A stretch of 64,000 bases of DNA from Aurantimonas sp. (GCA_036252795.1 DASYHY010000061.1:22918-86917); one strand, 5' to 3'; numbered from the stretch's first letter, positions 51,563 to 64,000 are shown. A program made the numbers and translations. The notes: generated by a model from the sequence alone, not told the origin.

Positions 51563-52873
51563 ATGAACACCATTATCAGGAGCGTCCTTGCCGCGGCCTT
51601 CGCGCTTGTCGGCGCGCTGCTCACGGTGGCGCCCGCATCCGCCGTCGTCGAGATCGACATCACCCAGGGCAACGTCCAGCCGCTCCCGATCGCGATCACC
51701 GACTTCCAGTCGCCGGACGGGCTCGGCGCGCAGATCGCCGGCGTGGTCGCGGCCGATTTGAAGCGCTCGGGCCTGTTCGCGCCGATCGAGAAGGCCGCCT
51801 TCATCCAGAAGGGCCTGACCCCGGATGTCAGCCCGACCTTCTCCGACTGGACGGTGATCAACGCGCAGGCGCTGGTTGTCGGCCGCGTTACGCCGGAAGC
51901 GGACGGGCGGCTGCGGGTGGAATTCCGCCTCTGGGACACGTTCGCCGGCCAGCAGCTGGACGGCCAGCAATTCTACACCAATCCCGATAACTGGCGCCGC
52001 GTCGCCCACATCATCGCCGACGCGATCTACGAGCGGCTGACCGGCGAGAAGGGCTATTTCGACACCCGGATCGTCTTCGTGTCCGAGAGCGGCGCCAAGG
52101 ACCAGCGGGTCAAGCGGCTCGCCATCATGGACCAGGACGGCGCCAATGTGCGGTTCCTGACGGATGGCAGCGACCTCGTGCTGACGCCGCGCTTCTCCCC
52201 GAACCGGCAGGAGGTCACCTACATGTCGTTCGGTCAGGGCGAGCCCCGCGTCTATCTCCTCCAGTTGGAGACCGGACAGCGCGAGATCGTCGGCAACTTC
52301 CCGGGCATGACCTTCTCGCCGCGCTTCTCGCCGGACGGGCAGAAGGTGATCATGAGCCTTCAGCAGGAAGGCAACGCCAACATCTACGCGATGGACCTCA
52401 GGTCCCGCGCCACCACCCGGCTCACCAACACCGCGGCCATCGATACGTCGCCGTCCTATTCGCCGGACGGCTCGCGGATCGTGTTCGAGTCGGATCGCGG
52501 CGGGCGCCAGCAACTCTACGTGATGAGCGCCGACGGCTCGAACCAGCAGCGCATCTCGTTCGGCGACGGCTCCTACTCCACGCCGGTGTGGTCGCCTCGC
52601 GGCGATCTGATTGCCTTCACCAAGCAGTCGGGCGGGCAGTTCCAGATCGGCGTCATGCGGCCGGACGGCTCGGGCGAGCGGATCCTCACCTCCGGCTTTC
52701 ACAACGAGGGCCCGACCTGGGCGCCGAACGGCCGGGTGCTGATGTTCTTCCGCGACGAACGGGGCGGCAGCGGCCCGCAGCTCTTTTCCATCGATCTGAC
52801 CGGGTACAACGAGCAGCGGGTGCCGACGCCGGGCTACGCCTCGGATCCCGCCTGGTCGCCCTCGCTGGAGTAG
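51563..52873 (+). CDS. tolB: Tol-Pal beta-propeller protein TolB
   Basis: [15 protein letters not shown]40 repeats (PRFSPD, PSYSPDG, PVWSP). Confidence 0.97.
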   Translation: MNTIIRSVLAAAFALVGALLTVAPASAVVEIDITQGNVQPLPIAITDFQSPDGLGAQIAGVVAADLKRSGLFAPIEKAAFIQKGLTPDVSPTFSDWTVINAQALVVGRVTPEADGRLRVEFRLWDTFAGQQLDGQQFYTNPDNWRRVAHIIADAIYERLTGEKGYFDTRIVFVSESGAKDQRVKRLAIMDQDGANVRFLTDGSDLVLTPRFSPNRQEVTYMSFGQGEPRVYLLQLETGQREIVGNFPGMTFSPRFSPDGQKVIMSLQQEGNANIYAMDLRSRATTRLTNTAAIDTSPSYSPDGSRIVFESDRGGRQQLYVMSADGSNQQRISFGDGSYSTPVWSPRGDLIAFTKQSGGQFQIGVMRPDGSGERILTSGFHNEGPTWAPNGRVLMFFRDERGGSGPQLFSIDLTGYNEQRVPTPGYASDPAWSPSLE

Positions 52874-53036
52874 CGCTTCCCGCTCCCGGGCAGCCTCGCG
52901 CAAGCCTTGCCACCCATCATGCGCTGATCGTCGCGGAGATGCCTCCCATGGCAGCTCCGCGACCGTCGGCGCGCCTTGATCGGGCGGCAGGACGGCACGT
53001 CCCGAACGGTGCGGGGCAGCGCGGAAATCGATTGTT

Positions 53037-53051
53037 TTTACCGTGTGTTAA
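53037..53051. promoter_or_regulatory. CtrA box upstream of pal (one mismatch)
   Basis: TTTA-CCGTGTG-TTAA. Confidence 0.5.
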
Positions 53052-53108
53052 GGCTGGTCAGCGTAAACGTCGGGTAACGGGTTTCGTTTGTTTTTGAAGG
53101 AGCTGGCC

Positions 53109-53642
53109 ATGCGCCGGACGGTTTTCGGGGTTAACAGCCGCGTCGTGATGGCGCTCGCAGCAGCCTTGCTGGTCGCGGGTTGCGCCAAGAAGGACGGCCT
53201 GCCGGACAACGCCGCGGGCCTCGGCCTGGGCGGGCCGGGCGGCATGGGCGGTGGCGCCGGCGCGACCTCGCCCGGCTCGACGCAGGACTTCACGGTCAAT
53301 GTCGGCGATCGCATCTTCTTCGACACCGATTCGTCCTCGATCCGTGCCGACGCCCAGCAGACGCTGCAGCGCCAGGCGCAGTGGCTGAACCAGTATCCGC
53401 AATACGCCATCGTCGTGGAAGGTCACGCCGACGAGCGGGGCACGCGCGAATACAACCTCGCGCTGGGTGCACGGCGCGCCGCTGCCACGCGGGACTACCT
53501 CGCCCAGCTCGGCGTCCCGGCCAATCGCATGCGCACCCTGTCCTACGGCAAGGAGCGGCCGGTCGCCGTCTGCGACGACATCTCCTGCTGGTCGCAGAAC
53601 CGCCGCGCCGTCACCGCGCTGAGCGGCGCCGGCAGCAGCTGA
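53109..53642 (+). CDS. pal: Peptidoglycan-associated lipoprotein
   Basis: Lipobox LVAGC, EGHADERGTREYNLALG, NRRA. Confidence 0.97.
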   Translation: MRRTVFGVNSRVVMALAAALLVAGCAKKDGLPDNAAGLGLGGPGGMGGGAGATSPGSTQDFTVNVGDRIFFDTDSSSIRADAQQTLQRQAQWLNQYPQYAIVVEGHADERGTREYNLALGARRAAATRDYLAQLGVPANRMRTLSYGKERPVAVCDDISCWSQNRRAVTALSGAGSS

Positions 53643-53841
53643 TCTGGCGACTTTCCTCTGCAAGATCGGCGACGGCCCTGCGGCCGTTGCCCGGATACGA
53701 CAGGCAGGGCCAGCCTGGGCGGACGTCGCGTCTCGCCCAACTTTGGCCGAACTCCCCCCTTCCAAGCTAGGAAGACCCGGCTGCGGAAGGCGACGCGCGC
53801 CTCTGCGCCCGGTCTCATTCCGTCCGAGGGGATTGCTGTTC

Positions 53842-54750
53842 ATGTACCGTCGATCGACGATTTTCGCCGCGTCCGGCCTGGCGCTCATGCTGGGAACGAC
53901 CGGCGTGTCGGCCCTTGACCTGCCGTTCGGGCTGGGCGCCTCACGGGCCGAAACGGGCGAGGAGCGCCCTGTCCGCATGGCGCAGGCAGCCGACCCGTTG
54001 CTCCGCATCAACCAGCTCGAGGAGGAGCTTCGCCGCATCAACGGCCGGGTCGAGGAGCTGAGCTTCCAGCTGCTCCAGGCTCAGGAGGACATGCGGAAAT
54101 ATCGCGAGGACACCGAATTCCGGTTTCAGGAACTGGAAGGCGGCTCGGGCGACGCATCACCCGCATCGACCGGCGAGCGCCGGACCGAGGCGCTTCCGGA
54201 TGAACCACGCCCGGAGGCCGCGGCGGGCGCGGACACCGGTTCCGGCGACGACGATATCGGCCGCATCCTCGGCCAGGAACTCGACATCGCCGCGGTCGGC
54301 GCGGTGGTGAACGAGGTTCCGGCGACGAATTCGGCGCCCAGTTCCACCGTCGCCGCGGTGACGCCGGAAGGGCCCGGCCAGATGTACGATCTGGCCTACA
54401 ATTATCTGCTGGCCGGCGACTACGATCTCGCCGAGCAGGCGTTCAGGCAGTATTCCCAGACCTATCCGAATGCGTCGGATGCTCCCGATGCGCAATACTG
54501 GCTGGGGGAGAGCCTCTTCCAGCAGCAGAAATACACCGATGCCGCCGAAGTTTTCCTGAGCGCGCAGAAGGGCCATCCCGACAGCGGCAAGGCGCCCGAG
54601 ATGATGCTGAAGCTCGGAATGTCGCTGGCCAAGCTGCAGAACCGCGACACGGCATGCATCACCTACAAGGAGGTGTCACGACGCTATCCGCAGATGAGCG
54701 CCAACGTGAAGCGCAAGCTCGAGAGCGAGCAGAGCGCCGCCAACTGCTGA
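53842..54750 (+). CDS. cpoB: Tol-Pal protein YbgF/CpoB
   Basis: Signal peptide, coiled coil, TPR with AQYWLGE and APEMMLKLG. Confidence 0.92.
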   Translation: MYRRSTIFAASGLALMLGTTGVSALDLPFGLGASRAETGEERPVRMAQAADPLLRINQLEEELRRINGRVEELSFQLLQAQEDMRKYREDTEFRFQELEGGSGDASPASTGERRTEALPDEPRPEAAAGADTGSGDDDIGRILGQELDIAAVGAVVNEVPATNSAPSSTVAAVTPEGPGQMYDLAYNYLLAGDYDLAEQAFRQYSQTYPNASDAPDAQYWLGESLFQQQKYTDAAEVFLSAQKGHPDSGKAPEMMLKLGMSLAKLQNRDTACITYKEVSRRYPQMSANVKRKLESEQSAANC

Positions 54751-56207
54751 TGGCCGGCGGGCGAGAGCCCCCCATGCTGTCGCTTACCGATCCGGCGGAA
54801 GCTCCTTCCGTACTGCTCGAGACGCTGGCAACCGCGCTGACCGCCGGGATCGACGCGGCGGCGGACCGCGCCGGGCGTAGCGGTCCGGTCATCCTGGCGG
54901 TTTCCGGCGGTCCCGATTCGATGGCCCTGCTCTTGGCCGCCGTGGAAGTCCGCCGCCGGTCGCCCGGCGGGCAGACCGATTTCGTGGTCGTCACCGTGGA
55001 TCATGGCCTGCGGCTGGCGGCGGCGGCGGAAGCCCGCGCCGTTGCGGAGGTCGCAGAGGGCCGGGGGCTGCCGCATCGAACCATGCGGCTGGCCGCCCTT
55101 TTGAGCGGCAACGTTCCTGCGGCCGCTCGGCGCGGCCGTTATGCGCTCCTGCTCGAAGCCGCCCGCGATGCCGGGGCTTCGATCATCGTGACCGCCCATC
55201 ACGAGGGCGACCAGTTCGAGACCCATCTGCTTGCGCGCGCACGGCGGGCGGGCCCCGTCGGGCTTGCCGCCATGCGCAAGATGCGTGATTTGGCGCCAAG
55301 GGTCGTGCTGCTGCGTCCCTTCCTCGAAGTGCCGGGCGTCGACCTCAAGGCGCTGGTGGCCGCGAGCGGCATCGAGGCCGTTGACGACCCGACCAACAAA
55401 GACGAGCGATACGAGCGCGTGCGACTGAGGAACCGGCTTTCCGGGTCGCCTTCCGACCACCCACGCCTGCGCCTTGCCATCGCCCGGAGCCGCGGCGAGC
55501 GGGATGCGCTGGAGCGCGCGCAGGCAGTGTTCATCGGCGCTGCGGAAAGAGCGGGAGAACTCCGGTTCGGCGACGACGGCGTGCTGCGTGTCGCACGTGC
55601 GGCGTTCCGGCGCCTTGATGCGGACACGGCCTTCGCCTTCCTGGTGCGCGCGCTCGCCGCGGTATCGGGCGGCGACTATGGGCCCGGCGCTGCTCAGGTG
55701 TTGCGGCTGCGGGCCGCGCTGGCCGGACCCGAAGGAAGCGTCCATGCGACGCTGGGCGGCGTCATCGTCGAGGCGGATCCGGACACGATCCTGTTCCTGC
55801 GGGAATTCGGCCGAGCCGGCATCGAAGCGGTTTTGCCGGGCGATCCGGACGCTATGTTCGACGGACGATTCCTCGTCGGATCGCCGCGGCAGCAAAATCC
55901 GAAAGCGACCCGGATCGCCGCATTCGGCGCGTTCGGGCGCGGCAACCGCGTCGAGAAAACCCTGCCGGTGCTGGTGGGGGAGGCGGGGCTCCTGGCGGTG
56001 CCGGATGCTCTGGCGCACAAGGCGCCCGCCGACTGTCTGCGCCTGGAGACGACCTGCCTGCTTGCCTGGCGGTTGCTTCGGGACCTGCCGCGCCGGTTTT
56101 CCCCAGCCGCTCCCGCAGTTAAGGGTGTGGCCAGCCGATTTGCGGCAAAAGCGCCCGGACGTGTTGGCAAGGCTGGAGACACCTCCTATCTTCGAAAAAA
56201 CGTCTGA
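54750..56207 (+). CDS. tilS: tRNA(Ile)-lysidine synthetase
   Basis: [32 protein letters not shown]; start 54750 or 54774. Confidence 0.9.
   Translation: MAGGREPPMLSLTDPAEAPSVLLETLATALTAGIDAAADRAGRSGPVILAVSGGPDSMALLLAAVEVRRRSPGGQTDFVVVTVDHGLRLAAAAEARAVAEVAEGRGLPHRTMRLAALLSGNVPAAARRGRYALLLEAARDAGASIIVTAHHEGDQFETHLLARARRAGPVGLAAMRKMRDLAPRVVLLRPFLEVPGVDLKALVAASGIEAVDDPTNKDERYERVRLRNRLSGSPSDHPRLRLAIARSRGERDALERAQAVFIGAAERAGELRFGDDGVLRVARAAFRRLDADTAFAFLVRALAAVSGGDYGPGAAQVLRLRAALAGPEGSVHATLGGVIVEADPDTILFLREFGRAGIEAVLPGDPDAMFDGRFLVGSPRQQNPKATRIAAFGAFGRGNRVEKTLPVLVGEAGLLAVPDALAHKAPADCLRLETTCLLAWRLLRDLPRRFSPAAPAVKGVASRFAAKAPGRVGKAGDTSYLRKNV
56163..56191 (+). promoter_or_regulatory. RpoH-like promoter for ftsH inside the tilS 3' end
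   Basis: GTTGGC-N16-CCTATCT. Confidence 0.45.
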
Positions 56208-56238
56208 GCGGTCTCGGGCGGCCATCCCAGGAAGACTG

Positions 56239-58176
<1,938 letters not shown>

Positions 58177-58200
58177 TCGTCGTTCTCAGCGCGTAGATTC

Positions 58201-58228
58201 GAGAGCGCCTCCCTTGGGGGGCGCTCTC
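58201..58228 (+). terminator. Hairpin after ftsH
   Basis: GAGAGCGCC...GGCGCTCTC followed by TGCGTTT. Confidence 0.55.
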
Positions 58229-58349
58229 TGCGTTTCGGGTCGGTCGTTCGAGCCGAAAAGTTCGGGAGCCGCCGAGCCGCACTTTCTTGCGCCCCCTGCT
58301 TAGGATACGAACAGCGGTCGCAACAGCTTCTGCAGGAACAGGTACACCG

Positions 58350-59696
58350 ATGGGCAGAACGTATTTCGGCACGGACGGCATCAGGGGTACCGCCAACCGA
58401 CACCCGATGACCGCCGAACTCGCGATGAAGGTCGGCATGGCGGCGGGTATCGCGTTCCAGCGCGGCAGCTATCGCCATCGCGTGGTGATCGGCAAGGACA
58501 CGCGCCGCTCGAGCTACATGATCGAGAACGCCATGGTGGCGGGCTTCACCGCCGCGGGCATGGACGTATTCCTGCTCGGGCCGATGCCGACGCCGGCCGT
58601 CGCCATGCTGACCCGTTCGCTGCGGGCCGATATCGGCGTGATGATCTCCGCCTCGCACAACCCGTTCGAAGACAACGGCATCAAGCTGTTCGGGCCGGAC
58701 GGCTACAAGCTCTCCGACGAGATCGAGCTGAAGATCGAGCGCCTGCTCGACGACGACCTGACGGCGCGGCTACCCACCGGCGACAGGCTGGGGCGTGCCA
58801 AGCGCGTCGACGGCGTCCACGACCGCTACATCGAGTTCGCCAAGCGCACGCTGCCGCGTTCGATGTCGTTCGACGGCCTGAGGGTCGCGATCGACTGCGC
58901 CAACGGGGCGGCCTACCGCGTGGCGCCGGAGGTCCTGTGGGAGCTCGGCGCCGAGATCGTCAAGCTCGGCGTCTCGCCCGACGGAACCAACATCAACCGC
59001 AATTGCGGGTCGACGGATCCGGCGGCGCTGATCGAGAAGGTGAAGGAAGTGCGCGCCGACATCGGTATCGCGCTCGACGGCGATGCCGACCGTGTGCTCA
59101 TCGTCGACGAGACGGGCGCGATCGTCGATGGCGACCAGCTGATGGCCGTCATCGCGGAAAGCTGGTCGGAGGACGGTCGGCTGGCGGCGGGGGGCATCGT
59201 CGCCACCATCATGTCCAATCTAGGCCTGGAGCGCTTTCTCCAGGACCGCCAGCTGCAACTGGCCCGCACCAAGGTCGGCGACCGCTACGTCGTCGAGCAC
59301 ATGCGCGCCCACGGCTACAATGTCGGCGGCGAGCAGTCGGGCCACATCGTGCTGTCCGACTACGGCACCACCGGCGACGGGCTCGTCTCGGCGTTGCAGA
59401 TCCTCGCTGTGGTCAAGCGCAAGGGTGGGACCGTATCGGATGTCTGCCGGCGCTTCGATCCGGTGCCGCAGATCCTGAAGAACGTCCGGTTCGCCGGCGG
59501 CGAGCCGCTCGAGCGCGAGCTCGTGCAGCATGCGATCGCCGCGGGGCGCGAGCGCCTCGGCAATGGTGGACGGGTGGTGATCCGTCCATCGGGCACCGAG
59601 CCGCTGATCCGCGTCATGGCGGAAGGTGATGACCGCAGCCTCGTCACGTCGGTTGTCGACGACATTGTCGGCGCGCTACGGCAAGCCGCAGCGTAA
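58350..59696 (+). CDS. glmM: Phosphoglucosamine mutase
   Basis: [29 protein letters not shown]. Confidence 0.97.
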   Translation: MGRTYFGTDGIRGTANRHPMTAELAMKVGMAAGIAFQRGSYRHRVVIGKDTRRSSYMIENAMVAGFTAAGMDVFLLGPMPTPAVAMLTRSLRADIGVMISASHNPFEDNGIKLFGPDGYKLSDEIELKIERLLDDDLTARLPTGDRLGRAKRVDGVHDRYIEFAKRTLPRSMSFDGLRVAIDCANGAAYRVAPEVLWELGAEIVKLGVSPDGTNINRNCGSTDPAALIEKVKEVRADIGIALDGDADRVLIVDETGAIVDGDQLMAVIAESWSEDGRLAAGGIVATIMSNLGLERFLQDRQLQLARTKVGDRYVVEHMRAHGYNVGGEQSGHIVLSDYGTTGDGLVSALQILAVVKRKGGTVSDVCRRFDPVPQILKNVRFAGGEPLERELVQHAIAAGRERLGNGGRVVIRPSGTEPLIRVMAEGDDRSLVTSVVDDIVGALRQAAA

Positions 59697-59899
59697 GGCA
59701 TCGGCGCCGGACGAAGCTCTTGCCGCCGTCAGGTGTAGCTCAAGGAACGGTTTGGTACAGACGCACTGTGTCCTCCAAGCCACAATTCTGGCGCTGTGGC
59801 GGCACTTCTTATACTAACGGTTAACCAATGCGATTTACCTTGTTCGTTAAGAGACAGCCGTGACGGCGCTCTCTCGACGTGCAACCGGAGATGATCGCA

Positions 59900-60814
59900 A
59901 TGAAATCCGTATTGATGACGACCGTCGCCGCGATTGGCGTCGTGTCATGCCTGAACAGCGCCGCCCGCGCGGCTGACATCATCGAGCCCATCTATGTGGA
60001 GCCGCCCGTGCCGGTCTACGAGGAGCCGGTCAAGGAGAATTACTCCGGCTGGTACATCCGCGGCGATGCCGGCTATCTCTTCGGCAGCAAGAGCAGCGGA
60101 GACTACAGTGTCTTCGGTGACCACGGTTCCCGTTATCACTACGACGAGCTCGAGCTGAAGGGCTCCTACACCGTCGGTGCCGGTGTCGGTTACCGGGTCG
60201 CCGAGCATTTCCGTGCCGACCTCTCGCTCGACTATTACGATCTCGACATCGAAGGCCGCAGCGACTGCCCGAGCTATGTCGGTGCAGGCTGCTACTACAA
60301 CGACAGCTCGTCCGCCGACGTCTGGACGGCCATGGCGAACGCCTATGTCGACCTGCCGTATTTTGGTCCCGTGAGCCCCTATTTCGGCGCCGGCCTCGGC
60401 TTCGCCCATGTCGGCTACGGCGAGATGACCAACGAGATCTGCAACCCGACCTGCGGCGTCGACGGCAACTTCATCGGCTACCACGGCGGTGAGGACAGCT
60501 GGCGGTTCGCTTCCTCGCTGATGGCTGGCGCCAGCGTCGACATCAGCAAGCAGCTCAAGCTGGACGTGGGTTACCGCTACACCCGCGTCTTCGAGGGCGA
60601 CGCCTTCGGCTTCGATCAGGTCGACTCGGCCTTCGGCGCCAGCGGTGTCCAGGGCCGCGACCACGGCTTCAACCTCCACGCCGTCCGGGCTGGTCTGCGC
60701 TACGAGTTCGGCGGTGGCGGCTTCGGCAAGGGCAAGGGCAAGGAGCCGGTCTACGCCGCCGCCCCTGTCTACGAGGAGCCCGCGCCGTTCTACCAGGAGC
60801 CCGTCTACAAGTAG
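59900..60814 (+). CDS. Outer-membrane beta-barrel protein (Omp25/RopB-like)
   Basis: Signal peptide then AD, GWYIRGD, MANAYVDL, RAGLRYEF, followed by an extra 34-aa tail. Confidence 0.88.
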   Translation: MKSVLMTTVAAIGVVSCLNSAARAADIIEPIYVEPPVPVYEEPVKENYSGWYIRGDAGYLFGSKSSGDYSVFGDHGSRYHYDELELKGSYTVGAGVGYRVAEHFRADLSLDYYDLDIEGRSDCPSYVGAGCYYNDSSSADVWTAMANAYVDLPYFGPVSPYFGAGLGFAHVGYGEMTNEICNPTCGVDGNFIGYHGGEDSWRFASSLMAGASVDISKQLKLDVGYRYTRVFEGDAFGFDQVDSAFGASGVQGRDHGFNLHAVRAGLRYEFGGGGFGKGKGKEPVYAAAPVYEEPAPFYQEPVYK

Positions 60815-60832
60815 ACGCTTCTCCCCGACCTT

Positions 60833-60866
60833 CGAAAAGCCGTCGCCTCCGGGCGGCGGCTTTTCG
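60833..60866 (+). terminator. Intrinsic terminator after the first OMP gene
   Basis: CGAAAAGCCGTCGCC-TCCG-GGCGGCGGCTTTTCG. Confidence 0.8.
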
Positions 60867-60909
60867 CGTTTTGTGGGCCGGCGGAAGGCAACACGGTTAA
60901 TGAACAGGG

Positions 60910-60924
60910 TTAATCACCGGTTAA
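60910..60924. promoter_or_regulatory. Full-consensus CtrA box upstream of the second OMP gene
   Basis: TTAA-TCACCGG-TTAA (TTAA-N7-TTAAC on minus); extra TTAA at 60897. Confidence 0.75.
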
Positions 60925-61009
60925 GCTTTTGTTGCCAGAGTTGTTCCAGACGAGGTTGCTGTCCGCCGCCGGGCGGGCGCCGAAACGGGATGACGGGGAA
61001 GCAAGGGCC

Positions 61010-61912
61010 ATGAAGTCGACAGGGATCACGATGATGGGCGCCGTCCTGCTGGGGACGACACAGCTTGCGGGCGCCGCCGACATGCTGCCGCCGATCTACG
61101 ACGCGCCGCTCTACGAGAGCGTGCCGGAGGTCGTGCCGGTCGAGATCGGCAACGGCTGGTATCTCCGCGGCGACGTGTCCTACGGGTTCAACCGCGATCT
61201 GAGCGTCGACTACCGGGAGTATCGCCCGGACTTCGCGACGTATCCCGGCAGCTTCTTCAGCGGCTACGACGCCTACCAGTACGATTCGTTTTCCGCGACG
61301 CATGACGGCTTCGAGCTGGACGACAGCGTCGATGTCGGCGTCGGCTTCGGTTACCAGTTCACCGACTATTTCCGCGGCGACCTGACGGCGCGCTACTACA
61401 AGCTCGAGGTCGAGGGCAGCGACAGGAGCGAGGCATGCTTTGACGCTGCCGGAGCGCAGGGCTTCAACACCGACCTTCTGGATTGCGACTCATCGCTTTC
61501 TGCCGATGCCGACGCGCTCGAACTGATGGCCAACGCCTATGTCGACCTCGGCACTTTTGCCGGCTTCACCCCCTATGCCGGTGCCGGCGCCGGCGCGGTC
61601 CGGGTGTCCTATGACGACTTCTCCGGTCGCTCGCGCTGTGCCTACGACGGCACCGTCTGCGATCCGGCCTATTACGATTTCGACGCCAGCTACAAGGGCG
61701 GGGAGAGCTGGCGCTTCGCCTACTCCCTGATGGCCGGCGTCTCCTACGACATCAGCCGCAACCTGAAGTTCGACGTCGGCTATCGCTTCACCGATGTCGA
61801 CGGCGGCGAGATGTTCAGCTTCGACGGCGTAGGCGCGAATGGCGCGACGGCCGACGACGGCGGTTTCCAGCGGCACGCCATCCAGGCGGGTCTGCGCTAC
61901 TCGCTCTGGTAG
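61010..61912 (+). CDS. Outer-membrane beta-barrel protein (Omp25/RopB-like), paralogue
   Basis: Signal peptide then AD, GWYLRGD, MANAYVDLG, QAGLRYSLW C-terminus. Confidence 0.88.
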   Translation: MKSTGITMMGAVLLGTTQLAGAADMLPPIYDAPLYESVPEVVPVEIGNGWYLRGDVSYGFNRDLSVDYREYRPDFATYPGSFFSGYDAYQYDSFSATHDGFELDDSVDVGVGFGYQFTDYFRGDLTARYYKLEVEGSDRSEACFDAAGAQGFNTDLLDCDSSLSADADALELMANAYVDLGTFAGFTPYAGAGAGAVRVSYDDFSGRSRCAYDGTVCDPAYYDFDASYKGGESWRFAYSLMAGVSYDISRNLKFDVGYRFTDVDGGEMFSFDGVGANGATADDGGFQRHAIQAGLRYSLW

Positions 61913-62064
61913 GGCCCGCGTCCCGCAAGGACGCCAAGATCTCTCCAGGTATCTCACGACGGCGGGGCCAAAGGCTCCGCCGCTTTCATTTCGGGCGGGG
62001 GGAGGGGCAGGCCCGTCTTGAAAATGTCGCTTGACCGCCGCAAGCCCGAAGCGTAGCAGCGCCA

Positions 62065-62117
62065 GTGGGACACCTCTCCCCAACGAGAGGCACCTATCTG
62101 AAAGGATAGCTCATATG
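62065..62117 (+). ncRNA. serC leader RNA motif (riboswitch candidate)
   Basis: CCTCTC-CCCAAC-GAGAGG hairpin, then CTATC-TGAAAG-GATAG hairpin over the SD; directly 5' of serC. Confidence 0.72.
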
Positions 62118-63290
62118 GCGAATACCCCGAAGCCGGACCTGCGTCCGGCCAATCCCCGTTTTTCTTCCGGCCCCTGCGCCAAGCGTCCCGGATGGACGCT
62201 GGAGGCTCTGGGTGATGCGGCCCTCGGCCGCTCGCACCGCGCGAAGATCGGCAAGAGCAAGCTCCAGCAAGCGATAGACGAGACCCGCAGCGTGCTCGGC
62301 GTGCCTGCCGACTATCGCATCGGCATCGTGCCGGCCTCCGATACCGGCGCCGTCGAGATGGCGATGTGGTCGCTTCTCGGCGCCCGCGGCACCGACGTTG
62401 TGGCCTGGGAGTCCTTCGGTTCCGGCTGGGTCACCGATGCGGTCAAGCAGCTCAAGCTGGAGGACGTGCGCGTCCTCGAGGCGCCCTATGGCGAGATCGT
62501 CGACCTGGCCGAGGTGGATTTCGACCGCGACGTCGTCTTCACCTGGAACGGCACCACCTCCGGCGTGCGGATGCCGAACGGCGATGCCATCCCGGCAGAC
62601 CGCCAGGGCCTGACGATCTGCGATGCGACCTCGGCCGCCTTCGCGCAGGACCTGCCCTTCGACAAGCTCGATGTCGTGACCTTCTCCTGGCAGAAGGTGC
62701 TCGGCGGCGAGGCGGCCCACGGCATGCTCATCCTCAGCCCCCGTGCCGTCGAGCGGCTGGAGAGCTACAAGCCGGCGTGGCCGCTGCCGAAAATCTTCCG
62801 CCTCACCTCCGGCGGCAAGCTGATCGAGGGCATCTTCAAGGGCGAGACGATCAACACGCCGTCGATGCTGTGCGTCGAGGACTATCTCGACGCACTGGCC
62901 TGGGCGAAGTCCATCGGCGGCCTGGAGAGGCTGAAGGCCCGTGCCGACGCCAATCTGGCGGTGATCGAGAAGTTCGTCGCGGCGAATGACTGGATCGGCT
63001 TCCTCGCGAAGACCCCGGAAACCCGTTCCAACACGTCGGTCTGCCTGCAGTTCACCGATCCGGCGATCGTGGCGCTGCCCGACGACGCGCAGGCGGCCTT
63101 CGCCAAGGGCGTCGTCGCGACGCTGGAGAAGGAAGGCGTCGCGCTCGACATCGGCGCCTATCGCGACGCGCCTCCCGGGCTGCGTATCTGGGCCGGCGCC
63201 ACCGTCGAGGCCGCCGATCTCGAGGCGCTGATGCCCTGGCTGGCCTATGCCTACGAGGCGCAGCGCGCGACCCTGGCGCAAGCCGCCTAG
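62115..63290 (+). CDS. serC: Phosphoserine aminotransferase (Methanosarcina-type)
   Basis: [37 protein letters not shown]. Confidence 0.95.
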   Translation: MANTPKPDLRPANPRFSSGPCAKRPGWTLEALGDAALGRSHRAKIGKSKLQQAIDETRSVLGVPADYRIGIVPASDTGAVEMAMWSLLGARGTDVVAWESFGSGWVTDAVKQLKLEDVRVLEAPYGEIVDLAEVDFDRDVVFTWNGTTSGVRMPNGDAIPADRQGLTICDATSAAFAQDLPFDKLDVVTFSWQKVLGGEAAHGMLILSPRAVERLESYKPAWPLPKIFRLTSGGKLIEGIFKGETINTPSMLCVEDYLDALAWAKSIGGLERLKARADANLAVIEKFVAANDWIGFLAKTPETRSNTSVCLQFTDPAIVALPDDAQAAFAKGVVATLEKEGVALDIGAYRDAPPGLRIWAGATVEAADLEALMPWLAYAYEAQRATLAQAA

Positions 63291-63324
63291 CCTTCACGAG
63301 GCGCCGCGGTCCCCGGACAAGACG

Positions 63325-63483
63325 CCATTCCTGTCGCGTTCACGGGAGAGGGTGGACGGCGCGCAGCGCCGGACGGGTGAGGGCCCGACGGGCGCCTCCC
63401 TCGCTCGTAATCGCCGGAAGCAGCGCCCCACGAAGCCCTCATCCGGCCCTTTGGGCCATCGTTTCCCGCAAGCGGGAGACGAA
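63325..63483. repeat. Degenerate REP/RIME-like palindromic element
   Basis: Right unit GCCCTCATCCGGCCCTTTGGGCCATCGTTTCCCGCAAGCGGGAGA and an inverted homologous left unit ending CGGGTGAGGGC. Confidence 0.65.
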
Positions 63484-63575
63484 CAGTTCGCGGCCTTCGC
63501 CGCCTTCCTCACTTAATTCCAAGGCGCGCCCGGACGCAGCCGTCCGTCGCCGCAAGCCACAAGGACACCCCACAA

Positions 63576-64000
63576 ATGGCACCCCGCGTTCTCGTTTCCG
63601 ACAAGCTGTCTCCCACCGCCGTCCAGATCTTCAAGGATCGCGGCGTCGAGATCGACTATCTGCCCGACCTCGGCAAGGACAAGGAGCAGCTGCTGGCGGT
63701 CATCGACCGGTATGACGGCCTGGCGATCCGCTCCGCCACCAAGGTCACCGAAAAGCTGATCGAGGCGGCCACGAAGCTCAAGGTCATCGGCCGGGCCGGC
63801 ATCGGCGTCGACAATGTCGACATTCCGGCGGCCAGCCGGAAGGGCATCATCGTGATGAACACGCCCTTCGGCAACTCGATCACCACGGCCGAGCACGCCG
63901 TCGCGCTGATGTTCGCCGTCGCGCGCCAGTTGCCCGCCGCCGATGCCTCCACCCAGGCCGGCAAGTGGGAGAAGAACCGCTTCATGGGCGTCGAGATCAC
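63576..64000 (+). CDS. serA: D-3-phosphoglycerate dehydrogenase, 5' part (runs off the window)
   Basis: MAPRVLVSDKLS, IRSATKV, GRAGIGVDNVD, MNTPFGNSITTAEHA; absent from the ORF track. Confidence 0.95.
   Translation, partial: MAPRVLVSDKLSPTAVQIFKDRGVEIDYLPDLGKDKEQLLAVIDRYDGLAIRSATKVTEKLIEAATKLKVIGRAGIGVDNVDIPAASRKGIIVMNTPFGNSITTAEHAVALMFAVARQLPAADASTQAGKWEKNRFMGVEI

Noticed and set aside
55474-56238. 255-aa N-terminal extension of FtsH (900-aa ORF)
   Set aside because: Overlaps tilS in another frame; canonical [11 protein letters not shown] start with RBS at 56239

Overview
High-GC alphaproteobacterial chromosomal window, most likely Rhizobiales/Hyphomicrobiales (Aurantimonadaceae-like by gene order and protein style; this is inference). 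The backbone is core genome: suhB, a MotA/MotB-like pair, an MsbA-like ABC exporter, rpmE, rcdA, a quinone oxidoreductase, trcR (DUF1013), phoR-pstSCAB-phoU-phoB, gcrA, argD-argF-hslO, apaG, metZ, dcd, 6S RNA-ygfA, ymdB, yebC, ruvC/A/B, ybgC-tolQRAB-pal-cpoB-tilS-ftsH-glmM, two outer-membrane beta-barrels, serC and the start of serA. Small accessory modules interrupt it: a sugar dehydrogenase with cytochrome c, a TRAP transporter operon, and two type II toxin-antitoxin loci. Non-coding elements read directly from the sequence are a SAM-II riboswitch, 6S RNA, a serC leader, Pho boxes, LexA boxes, several CtrA boxes, a GANTC cluster at gcrA and a REP-like element. The most notable observations are (i) a TRAP operon coupled to an amidase that has lost its catalytic Lys and to a 55-aa membrane protein, (ii) a Phd antitoxin fused to a YjzC-like domain in an AT-richer islet, (iii) a candidate CtrA-driven sRNA directly upstream of rcdA, (iv) a non-flagellar MotA/MotB-like pair behind a perfect CtrA box, and (v) a ParE toxin interrupted by one in-frame TAA. 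I saw no CRISPR array, transposase, integrase, rRNA or tRNA. All family assignments come from motif recognition, not database searches.
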